A stretch of DNA of 29,613 nt from Desulfobacteraceae bacterium (GTDB lineage: Bacteria; Desulfobacterota; Desulfobacteria; Desulfobacterales; SURF-7). Positions 1-8,052 of the stretch are shown in pieces (the stretch's first letter is position 1; each line of letters starts with the position of its first letter). Position numbers and translations under genes: made by a program. The notes beneath the pieces are model-generated. The model was given only the letters and a program-made list of their open reading frames with translations, did no database searches and was not told the origin of the DNA. Location: positions 1 through 29,613 of the forward strand of contig JAUXCK010000001.1 of the NCBI GenBank assembly GCA_030618925.1, read 5' to 3'.

Positions 1-343
1 AATCATCGGGATTCATATCAACGATATTATAATCAACATTTTGATTGCCTATTTTTAACCGTCTGTTTTCGATTTCAACAATGTTGATGTCCTCGTCTGG
101 AAAACTTCTGACAATTTCATATATCTTTCTTGAATTAATCGTAATCATACCACCTGAATGAATTTCCGCCGGATAAGATCCTTCAAACCCGGTTTCAAAA
201 TCAGTGGCAGAAATGGTAATGCCGGAATCATTTGATTGAATCAGAATACTTTCCGTTATTGCTAGACTGCTCTTCCGGTTGGTGATTCCCTGAACTTTTG
301 ATAGAACATCAAGAATGTCATTTTTTTTGATTGTCAATTTCAT
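1..343 (-). CDS. dnaN: DNA polymerase III beta sliding clamp, N-terminal part (truncated by window edge)
   Basis: Not in the ORF track. Manual translation from ATG at 343 gives MKLTIKKNDILDVLSKVQGITNRKSSLAITESILIQ...ISATDFETGFEG...GMITINSRKIYEIVRSFP, a typical beta-clamp N-terminus (ATDxE motif). The frame stays open to position 1. Confidence 0.93.
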   Translation of the reverse strand, partial: MKLTIKKNDILDVLSKVQGITNRKSSLAITESILIQSNDSGITISATDFETGFEGSYPAEIHSGGMITINSRKIYEIVRSFPDEDINIVEIENRRLKIGNQNVDYNIVDMNPDD

Positions 344-388
344 TTTTTTTCCAGTGGATAGCATTTATAAGGGGTTTGTTTTGAATAA

Positions 389-416
389 AAATTAACCTTT
401 ACCTCTTTAAGGTCAA
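389..416 (-). promoter_or_regulatory. Candidate sigma70 promoter of dnaN
   Basis: TTGACC (416-411), 16-nt spacer, TAATTT (394-389), about 45 nt upstream of the dnaN ATG. Confidence 0.35.
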
Positions 417-599
417 GAGAACTGAAAAAACGATGTTTAACCTTTTATGAATAGACTTTTATTTAAAAAATATCAATCATTAAATTATATACTCAAGTTT
501 AACATCCCCTGGTGAACGAAATGAGTTGTGTGGCAAGGATGGCGTTTTACAGATATAATGGAAAACCCCTCACAGCCAATTAAGCTTGAAGGCGTGTGA

Positions 600-800
600 C
601 ACATGGATGTTATAAAACTATTTTATTTATTATATATTTATTAATAGGGTGTTCATAAGTCTAATAACTTTTTAACAATATGAAATTAAAGATAAAATTA
701 TTAATATGACTTGCGGAAAACTATTCTCTTCATTGTTCAGTCATCTTCAGTTATATACCCATGAACCCTTTTTGTTGATAAGTGGTATGTTATGAACAAT
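600..800. other. AT-rich region with DnaA-box-like 9-mers (possible oriC element)
   Basis: One-mismatch matches to TTWTNCACA at 650-658(-) TTATGAACA, 669-677(+) TTTTTAACA, 712-720(-) TTTTCCGCA, 773-781(-) TTATCAACA and 790-798(+) TTATGAACA. Nearly pure A/T tract at 611-645. Lies upstream of dnaN. Confidence 0.3.
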
Positions 801-829
801 TTATGAGAAATTTATAAAAGAGAAGTATT

Positions 830-2332
830 TTAATTTTGAATCAACACATCTATTCTGCGATTTTTTTTCTGACCCGCCACGGTCTCATTACTGGCAACAG
901 GTCGCGACTCACCAAAACCAACTGCATTAATTCTGTCCCAGGAAATGTTGGAGTTGGCAATAATATATTGTCTGACAGCCTGTGCCCGGGCGTTTGATAA
1001 CCTTTGGTTAATTTCTTTGCTCCCGACAGCATCAGTGTGACCCTCTATTGTGATCATGCTGTTTGGAAATTCAGAAAAGGCACTTTTTAATTTGGAGAGA
1101 AGGGGAAAATAGCGTGGGGGAATAATCGATTTTCCGGAGGGAAAATTGAGCCCGAACAATCTGATAATGACGTTCTTCCCCTCTATAAAAGTCCGTCCTT
1201 CTGTGGTTGAAAACAAGGCATTAATACGGGCAATTTTTTCATCGTACTTTTTTTGCTCCATTACTTTAAGTTCAAGCTTTTCCCGGGTAGAGGCCAGGCG
1301 GTTTAACTGTTCTTCCAGCAGATGGTTCTGCTCCCTGAGACCCACTATTTCATAATTTTTTTTATCTGTAATGGTCAGCAATTCACTTCTTTCACTTTTT
1401 AACACCCCGGCAAGCCTGGTGTTTTCATCTTTTAGTGCAGTAATGCCGGCGACAATATGATTGACGGGTATATCAATCCCCTTATTAAATTCCTCAGGGG
1501 CATCAAGGTTGATGGCTATTCTTTGGAGGTGTTTTTCCGTGTCGAGCAAAAGGATTTCAAACGGTCGATCATTCTTTTTCAATCGTTTTATTTTTCTTGA
1601 TAAATAGATTGAATGGCCGGCTTCATATTCCGCCTGTTTTGCAAGCTGGGCAGCATCTTTTTGATCGTATCGGTGCAATTCAAGAAGGGACGCCGATTTT
1701 GCAGCCAGGACCTCTGCTTTTTTTAAAGTGATTGGGGCGTATTTTTTTACCCCGACGTTTTTTGTTCTTTGTAAAAGTGTCCAGGTTTCTTTCAACAATT
1801 TACCCTGAATCCCTTTTAATTCAACTTTTCGATACAGGTTTTCCGCATCTTTCGCCTTTTTTTTTGAGCCATTGGTGTGGCCGCCTTCTAAAAGTTCGGC
1901 CGCAGAGGCCAATTTTTTTTCGGCTTTATCCCAGTTTTCAGGATCAAAGGCCCGTCCATTCGCCTGTATGGCATCATGACGGGACAGAATTGTTTTATTA
2001 AAAACAACAGAAGCTGCCTCTGCAGCATCAATGGCTTTTTGAAAATTTTCACTTGCCGGTTGAATATACTTTTCGACTTCTGATTCGGGTTTGTTTTTTT
2101 GATATCTGTCTTCGGCTTTATTATAATTCTTTAACGCTTGTTTAAATGCTTTTGGTGCGTAAATGTCCGCCTGTTTTTCTTTGGCCGTTTTCATCAGTTG
2201 ATCAACGGTTTTAAAAAGAAGATCCCGGGCTGGAAGAGAATCGTCGGCACTGAAGGCGGTATGACGCATAAAAAAAAGAGAGACGACAAAAAATAAAACA
2301 GGGACAGCAATTTTAAAATAAGGGGGTTTCAT
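830..2332 (-). CDS. Secreted OmpA/MotB-like peptidoglycan-binding protein with helical (DUF4398-like) repeats and a coiled coil
   Basis: C-terminal OmpA_C-like motifs EGHTDAVGSKEINQRLSNARAQAV and GQKKNRRIDV; N-terminal signal peptide. Start moved from 2395 to the ATG at 2332, which follows an AGGAGG Shine-Dalgarno. Confidence 0.85.
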   Translation of the reverse strand: MKPPYFKIAVPVLFFVVSLFFMRHTAFSADDSLPARDLLFKTVDQLMKTAKEKQADIYAPKAFKQALKNYNKAEDRYQKNKPESEVEKYIQPASENFQKAIDAAEAASVVFNKTILSRHDAIQANGRAFDPENWDKAEKKLASAAELLEGGHTNGSKKKAKDAENLYRKVELKGIQGKLLKETWTLLQRTKNVGVKKYAPITLKKAEVLAAKSASLLELHRYDQKDAAQLAKQAEYEAGHSIYLSRKIKRLKKNDRPFEILLLDTEKHLQRIAINLDAPEEFNKGIDIPVNHIVAGITALKDENTRLAGVLKSERSELLTITDKKNYEIVGLREQNHLLEEQLNRLASTREKLELKVMEQKKYDEKIARINALFSTTEGRTFIEGKNVIIRLFGLNFPSGKSIIPPRYFPLLSKLKSAFSEFPNSMITIEGHTDAVGSKEINQRLSNARAQAVRQYIIANSNISWDRINAVGFGESRPVASNETVAGQKKNRRIDVLIQN

Positions 2333-2429
2333 AATAACCTCCTGAAAAACGGACAACAATCGTAAAAGATAAAGCAAAAGACTGAAGAATTTCACCTTGG
2401 TGGGAGAGTAGCGTCAGGGGCCGGCTGCA

Positions 2430-2954
2430 TTAAACAGAGATCCATTTTTTTACAAGAGGTACAATAGTCTTGTGCCATGATGGTGATAGTCTCAATTTAA
2501 CAAACTGAAAATAAAGGGTTTCAATTAAATGGACGACTTTTTCACAAAGAAATATTTTTTCAAGAACAGCACCGTCCAGGTCTTCCTCCTGTTCAATTGT
2601 CCCGGTCTCCGACACCTTAATGGCCGAAATAGTCAGACTTTCCCCCTTTAAATTAAATTTAAACCCGATGTTTCCGGATTTACAGGAAAAATTAAGCTCA
2701 GTCACCAGGCCGCCCTTTCTCAAGCAAAGTTTTCCTTCCTCGAGGTCAGCTTCATCCCCATTGATGATAATACGTTCCACAGCCTCATGCCGGGTATTTT
2801 CAAGAACAATTCGGTTATCGATCGTAAGAAATATCAACTCTTTTTCAATGTGGTGAAACCGATCCTGGTCCTCTTCCATAATAAACCACAACCAGGTTAG
2901 AAACTCGTGTCCTAAAAATTTATATCGATTGTATGAAATTGAAACATCAAGCAT
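2430..2954 (-). CDS. RdgC C-terminal-half-like protein
   Basis: EFLTWLWF...LRKGGLVTELNF...FKFNLKGESLTISAIK resembles the C-terminal part of RdgC (LTxWL...GKxVxKLAL...FxL), recalled from the family pattern. Starts 14 nt after the RdgC N-half gene. Confidence 0.55.
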   Translation of the reverse strand: MLDVSISYNRYKFLGHEFLTWLWFIMEEDQDRFHHIEKELIFLTIDNRIVLENTRHEAVERIIINGDEADLEEGKLCLRKGGLVTELNFSCKSGNIGFKFNLKGESLTISAIKVSETGTIEQEEDLDGAVLEKIFLCEKVVHLIETLYFQFVKLRLSPSWHKTIVPLVKKWISV

Positions 2955-2968
2955 TTTTTTAATCCGAA

Positions 2969-3583
2969 TTAATCCGTAAATTTTGTGGGAGAAAGGGTTG
3001 CCAGCCGATCATGCTCTGCATTGGAAATATCTGAAACCAAATCAGTCATTGTGTATGGAAAAAGCCGGATCAAGGTTAGCCTGAATGAACTTGAAAAGAG
3101 CGTTTCCAGTTCTTCGTTAGCGGCTTTAAGGGTTGAAAAAAACCACAAAGAAGATTTTTCATAATTCCACACAATATCGTAAATATTCAGAGTTGCCGGA
3201 ACACGTAAACTCAACGAATCTGTAATGTTAAGAGAGATAGACCTTTTTTCGCTTTGGGAAAGGAATTCCCGACCGGTCGTTGCCTTTTTTTTGGCTATTT
3301 CCAGGGCACATTTTTTTTTAATTATTTTTGAGGAGATGTTTTTTTTGTCGAGTCTGAGGGAAAAAATCAGATAAGACCCGATAACACAGGAAGACGTTTC
3401 AAAATCAGGTGCAAAGGGATCATTAAAAGAGGTCCATCCTGACGCGATTTGAACTGATTCATTATCAATGTCTTGAATTGTATTTTTTTTAAGGCCGTCT
3501 AGTACGGTATCCAGTAAAGAACCTTCTATTTTCCCCTTTACGAGATAGCGGGTTAAAGAAACGGAAGTTGATAGTAAACCCAT
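2969..3583 (-). CDS. rdgC: Recombination-associated protein RdgC-like (N-terminal part)
   Basis: SLTRYLV...SGWTS...FSLRLDKKNIS...TGREFLSQSEKRSI...LSLRV...YDIVWN...AANEELETLF follows the RdgC N-terminal pattern (GW; R-x-E/D-x-K; GR...EK; LLPR). Confidence 0.7.
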   Translation of the reverse strand: MGLLSTSVSLTRYLVKGKIEGSLLDTVLDGLKKNTIQDIDNESVQIASGWTSFNDPFAPDFETSSCVIGSYLIFSLRLDKKNISSKIIKKKCALEIAKKKATTGREFLSQSEKRSISLNITDSLSLRVPATLNIYDIVWNYEKSSLWFFSTLKAANEELETLFSSSFRLTLIRLFPYTMTDLVSDISNAEHDRLATLSPTKFTD

Positions 3584-3686
3584 GGTTTTGTTTCCAGTAT
3601 TAAAAAAGATGGCATCAGATATGATTGTTGGTGTCCATCCATAAGTGAAAAATTTGAAAAAATAGCCATTTGTGGAAGGCCACTGG

Positions 3687-3715
3687 TTGACTGAAGCGAC
3701 ATAAGCATATAGCTT
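3687..3715 (+). promoter_or_regulatory. Candidate sigma70 promoter for the EndoQ-UvrD gene
   Basis: TTGACT (3687-3692), 17-nt spacer, TAGCTT (3710-3715). Confidence 0.45.
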
Positions 3716-3721
3716 GATTAT

Positions 3722-3735
3722 CTTGTCGTGACAAG
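3722..3735. promoter_or_regulatory. Palindromic candidate operator CTTGTC-GT-GACAAG
   Basis: Perfect 6+6 inverted repeat at the predicted transcription start, nested inside a second inverted repeat ATAGCTTG (3709-3716) / CAAGCTAT (3732-3739). Confidence 0.4.
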
Positions 3736-3864
3736 CTATTTTTTAATCCTGTCTAATGCCTGAGCGAAAAATCTTGTTTTGGTCGGACACCATCAAAAGT
3801 TTCGACCCTCTTTGCCGGTAAAGTTGAATATCAGACAAATTACAGATCAAACAAGGGCGACAAA

Positions 3865-6800
3865 ATGGATTTTATAGCAGATCTCCACATTCATTCCAGA
3901 TTTTCAAGGGCCACGGCCAAAAATCTTGACTTTGAAAATTTATATGTCGCTGCCCAGCAGAAAGGGATCACTGTTTTGGGTACAGGGGATTTCACACACC
4001 CGGGCTGGTTTTCTGAAATCAAAGAAAAACTGATACCCGCCGAAGCCGGATTATTTAAATTAAAGGAAGGGGTCGCCGGCCAATGTGACAAATACATACC
4101 CCCCACATGCCGGGGATCGGTCCGGTTCATGCTGGTATCTGAAATCAGCAATATTTACAAAAAAAATGGGCGAACCAGAAAAAATCATAATCTCGTATTT
4201 ATGCCGGATCTTGATGCAGCAGAGCGTTTGATTTCAAGGCTTGATAAAATTGGAAATATTAAATCAGACGGCAGACCGATACTGGGTCTGGATGCCAAGC
4301 ACCTTCTTGACATTGTGCTTGAAATTTCTTCCCGGGCATTTCTGGTACCCGCACACATCTGGACGCCCTGGTTTTCAGTACTGGGTTCAAAATCCGGTTT
4401 TGATTCCATTGAAGAATGTTTTGAGGATCTCACACCTCACATTTTTGCTGTTGAAACCGGATTGTCATCAGACCCGGCGATGAACCGGAGGGTTTCCATG
4501 CTGGATGGACTGACGCTGATATCGAATTCTGACGCCCATTCCCCATCCAAGCTTGGCCGTGAAGCCACTCTTTTTAATACGGATCTTGAATATGCAGCCA
4601 TAAAATCGGCCATGGAAACCGGTGATCCTCACCATTTCAGAGGGACCTATGAATTTTACCCGGAAGAGGGAAAATATCATCTTGACGGGCACAGAAAATG
4701 CGGGGTTCGCTTATCCCCGGAAGAATCCATGAAAAACAGCGGGAAGTGCCCGGTGTGTGGAAGGGGTTTGACGCTTGGCGTGCTGTATCGTGTTGAGGAA
4801 CTGGCGGACCGGCCCCACAATGAAACACCGGAAAAATATCATCCGTATGAAACGCTTATACCGCTAACAGAGATTCTTTCAGAAATATTAAAAGTGGGAC
4901 CCAAATCCAAAAAGGTGCAGAAAAACTACAACACCGCCCTGGAAACCCTCGGTCCGGAATTTGGAATATTGCAAACGCGTTCTATAGAGGAACTTCATCT
5001 GGCTGGAATCCCCCTGCTGGGAGAAGCGATAAACAAAATACGTCAGAATAGAATTACCCTTTTCCCGGGTTTTGATGGAGAATTCGGAAAGATTCAAATT
5101 TTTTCCAAAGAAGAACGACAGGCGCTGGAGGGCCAGAGACCGCTTTTTATCAATCCCGGACCCCCCCCAAAAAAAGCAGTTGAAAACACCCACGACAGGG
5201 GCCGTACACCAAAACACAGGGTAACAAAAAGTCCATTAAAAAATAAACGGCCCCAAAACGCGAAGGCAGCAGCTTACCTTAACAGCCGGCAGAAGAAGGC
5301 AGTTCAACATCAAGGAACACCGCTTCTGATCGTTGCCGGACCAGGTACGGGAAAAACATTGACCCTGACCCATAAAATCGCTCACCTCATTAAAGAAAGG
5401 CGTGTTGACCCGGGCCATATTCTTGCCGTCACATTTACAAATAAAGCCGCACAGGAAATGAGAGAGAGACTCGAGTTGTTATTGGGGGCATTGGACTTGA
5501 TGCCTTATGCAACCACCTTCCATTCCCTCTGCTTTCGGATATTAAAATCACTGGACCGTCATGCCGGGCGTGTTGTCATTGACGAGAATGATCGGGCCAC
5601 TCTCATTGACGGGGCGGTAAAGCATGTAAAGAAAAAAACAGGTGTGTCTATTCCGGCAAAACACAATTTTACAAATGCGATCGTCAGTGCAAAACAACAG
5701 ATTCTTGGCCCCACAGATAATCTTGAAAAAATTGCTGCCCAAGGGGGCTGTGATGCCGCCCTTTTGCGCCAGGTATATGAGGTGTATCAGAAGCAGCTCT
5801 CCCTGCAGGAGGCCTATGATTTTGAGGATTTGATTTTTAAGGTTGTAAAACTTTTTGAGTCCAGCGAAAAAGTTCTTTTCACATATCAGGATCTTTTTAA
5901 ATATATATTTGTGGATGAATACCAGGATTTGAATCTGGGGCAGTATCGCATTGTCAAGGCCCTCGCTTCTGCAGACAAAGAAATCTGTGTGATCGGTGAT
6001 CCGGATCAGTCTATTTACGGGTTTCGAGGCTCTGATGTTCGCTATTCCAACCAGTTTATAGAGGATTATCCAGAGGCCGGGGTCATCAATCTGACGCGAA
6101 ATTATCGTTCCACGGAAACCATTCTCGAAGCATCACATCAGATCATCAGTGATCAGCATGTCAGTGTTTCCGGATCCAGGGTGTATTCTGGAATAGATGG
6201 AAAAAAAACCATTACCGTTCTTGAGCAGGAATCCGAAAAGGCGGAAGCCGTGGCGGTTGGGAAGATGATAGAAAGTATGATCGGCGGGCTAGGATTATAT
6301 TCAATCGATTTTGACAAAATAGATGATTCGGATGGGGACGGGGACAGGGGGTTTTCGGATTTTGCCGTGCTCTATCGCACAAAAGCCCAAGCGCCTGTTT
6401 TTGCAGAAATGTTTGAAAAAGCAGGCATCCCCTATCAGGTGGTCAGCAGGGAAAATTATTATTCAAAAAAAGGGATACGGGAACTTCTTTCGTTTTTGAA
6501 GATTGTGTGTCGGCGGGGAACCTATTCAGACCTCGAAAGAGTGATTCAAACCAGGGGGAAGGGCGTCGGGAAAAAAACGGTTGATGTGTTTAAAGAAAGG
6601 TGTTTTGAAAAAAATATTCCCCTAAATGATGTATTATTCCAGGATGGCGGCCACGCAATACAGGGATTAAGCAAGGTGCAGCAGCAGAAATTTGAGGGGG
6701 TGTTTGAGGATGTGTCAACACTTGAAAAACAGATGAAATCCATGAGTGTTGAACAAAAACTGATATTTTTAAAAGAAAATATCAAAAAATTAGGGCAAGC

Positions 6801-7281
6801 ACTCACCATTGATTCAAAAATAGAGGACATCTTTTCCCGCCTGATCAAGACAGCATCAAAATATGCTGAAAACCCTGCCGGGTTTTTTGAAATGATTTCC
6901 CTTCAGGAAGAAACAGATGCATATGAATTTAAGGCTGAAAAAGTCGCCTTAATGACCATGCATGCTGCAAAAGGACTGGAATTTCCCGTTGTCTTTATCG
7001 TGGGCTGTGAGGATGGGTTTATTCCATATAAACGGTCACCAGCAGGGGTTCAGGATATTGATGAAGAAAATCGTCTTTTTTATGTGGCCATGACCCGTGC
7101 AAGAGAAAATCTGTACCTGACGTATGCGAAAAAAAGAAAAATTTACGGAAAGAGTGAGGACAGAGACCTGTCGCCGTTTGTTGAGTATATTGAAGAAGGG
7201 TTGCGGTCCCATGAAAAATCACGGGCCAGGAGCAAAAAAAAACAGAAAAAAGAGAAGCATGTACAACTGGATCTTTTTTAA
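3865..7281 (+). CDS. Fusion of a PHP-domain endonuclease Q (TIGR00375-like) with a UvrD/PcrA superfamily 1A helicase; C-terminal beta-clamp-binding motif
   Basis: N-terminal DLHIHS, PAHIWTPW, ETGLS, SNSDAHS and the Zn ligands DGHRKC/CPVCG match EndoQ. Helicase motifs AGPGTGKT, DEYQD, GDPDQSIYGFRG, LMTMHAAKGLEF and RLFYVAMTRA. Protein ends in QLDLF. Confidence 0.92.
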   Translation: MDFIADLHIHSRFSRATAKNLDFENLYVAAQQKGITVLGTGDFTHPGWFSEIKEKLIPAEAGLFKLKEGVAGQCDKYIPPTCRGSVRFMLVSEISNIYKKNGRTRKNHNLVFMPDLDAAERLISRLDKIGNIKSDGRPILGLDAKHLLDIVLEISSRAFLVPAHIWTPWFSVLGSKSGFDSIEECFEDLTPHIFAVETGLSSDPAMNRRVSMLDGLTLISNSDAHSPSKLGREATLFNTDLEYAAIKSAMETGDPHHFRGTYEFYPEEGKYHLDGHRKCGVRLSPEESMKNSGKCPVCGRGLTLGVLYRVEELADRPHNETPEKYHPYETLIPLTEILSEILKVGPKSKKVQKNYNTALETLGPEFGILQTRSIEELHLAGIPLLGEAINKIRQNRITLFPGFDGEFGKIQIFSKEERQALEGQRPLFINPGPPPKKAVENTHDRGRTPKHRVTKSPLKNKRPQNAKAAAYLNSRQKKAVQHQGTPLLIVAGPGTGKTLTLTHKIAHLIKERRVDPGHILAVTFTNKAAQEMRERLELLLGALDLMPYATTFHSLCFRILKSLDRHAGRVVIDENDRATLIDGAVKHVKKKTGVSIPAKHNFTNAIVSAKQQILGPTDNLEKIAAQGGCDAALLRQVYEVYQKQLSLQEAYDFEDLIFKVVKLFESSEKVLFTYQDLFKYIFVDEYQDLNLGQYRIVKALASADKEICVIGDPDQSIYGFRGSDVRYSNQFIEDYPEAGVINLTRNYRSTETILEASHQIISDQHVSVSGSRVYSGIDGKKTITVLEQESEKAEAVAVGKMIESMIGGLGLYSIDFDKIDDSDGDGDRGFSDFAVLYRTKAQAPVFAEMFEKAGIPYQVVSRENYYSKKGIRELLSFLKIVCRRGTYSDLERVIQTRGKGVGKKTVDVFKERCFEKNIPLNDVLFQDGGHAIQGLSKVQQQKFEGVFEDVSTLEKQMKSMSVEQKLIFLKENIKKLGQALTIDSKIEDIFSRLIKTASKYAENPAGFFEMISLQEETDAYEFKAEKVALMTMHAAKGLEFPVVFIVGCEDGFIPYKRSPAGVQDIDEENRLFYVAMTRARENLYLTYAKKRKIYGKSEDRDLSPFVEYIEEGLRSHEKSRARSKKKQKKEKHVQLDLF

Positions 7282-7318
7282 TGTTTTTTTTTCACACGTT
7301 TAAAAAAATTTCATTTTG

Positions 7319-7327
7319 TGGTAAAAT
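7319..7327 (+). promoter_or_regulatory. Candidate extended -10 promoter for slt
   Basis: TG-G-TAAAAT about 90 nt upstream of the ATG at 7417. Confidence 0.3.
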
Positions 7328-7416
7328 AGCAGGTGGTAAATAAAGTCATTCGAAGTCATCACAATTTTAATTGGTTTCAGACACGCAACCATTTGTAAAA
7401 TATATTCATTCCAGAA

Positions 7417-8052
7417 ATGATTCGAAATTTAAAAACAGCTGTATGGACATTACTATTCCTCTTTGGGCTGGTTTGGGGATCCCATGCGGATATCTACCGG
7501 TACATCGACAGCAATGGCGTCCTCCATTTTACAAATGTGCCTGTTTCATCCGGCTATCAGATATATTTAAAGGAAAAATCTGCTAAACCCTCAGATTCAT
7601 ATGCATTAAAAACCACTTTGGGATCATATGTCTTACAGAAACCAGCAGCGTCATCAAATAAATATGATGGTTATATTTATCAGGCATCAAAAAAGCACGG
7701 CATTTCATTTTCACTGTTAAAGGCGGTGATTAAAGTGGAATCAAACTTTAATCCCCGGGCGGTTTCAAAAAAAGGAGCCAAGGGCCTGATGCAGATTATG
7801 CCGGAAAATTTGAGTGCATTGAACATAAATGATCCCTTTAATCCCAGGGAAAACATCATGGGGGGGAGCTGGTATTTAAAGACGCTCCTTACACGGTTTG
7901 ATGGACAACTTCCCCTGGCCCTGGCCGCCTATAACGCAGGCCCGACGGCCGTCGGTAAATATCGCAGGATACCCCCTTATTCCGAGACAAAGAATTATGT
8001 CAATAAGGTGATGACGCTTTATCATCAGCTGAGCAAGGATATTAACCCATAG
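7417..8052 (+). CDS. Lytic transglycosylase (SLT domain, DUF4124-like N-terminus)
   Basis: Signal peptide; DIYRYIDSNGVLHFTN; catalytic VESNFNPRAVSKKGAKGLMQIMP; AYNAG; ETKNYV. Confidence 0.92.
   Translation: MIRNLKTAVWTLLFLFGLVWGSHADIYRYIDSNGVLHFTNVPVSSGYQIYLKEKSAKPSDSYALKTTLGSYVLQKPAASSNKYDGYIYQASKKHGISFSLLKAVIKVESNFNPRAVSKKGAKGLMQIMPENLSALNINDPFNPRENIMGGSWYLKTLLTRFDGQLPLALAAYNAGPTAVGKYRRIPPYSETKNYVNKVMTLYHQLSKDINP

Noticed and set aside
521-583. 20-codon ORF MSCVARMAFYRYNGKPLTAN in the dnaN upstream gap
   Set aside because: No Shine-Dalgarno, no recognisable motif, and a length expected by chance.
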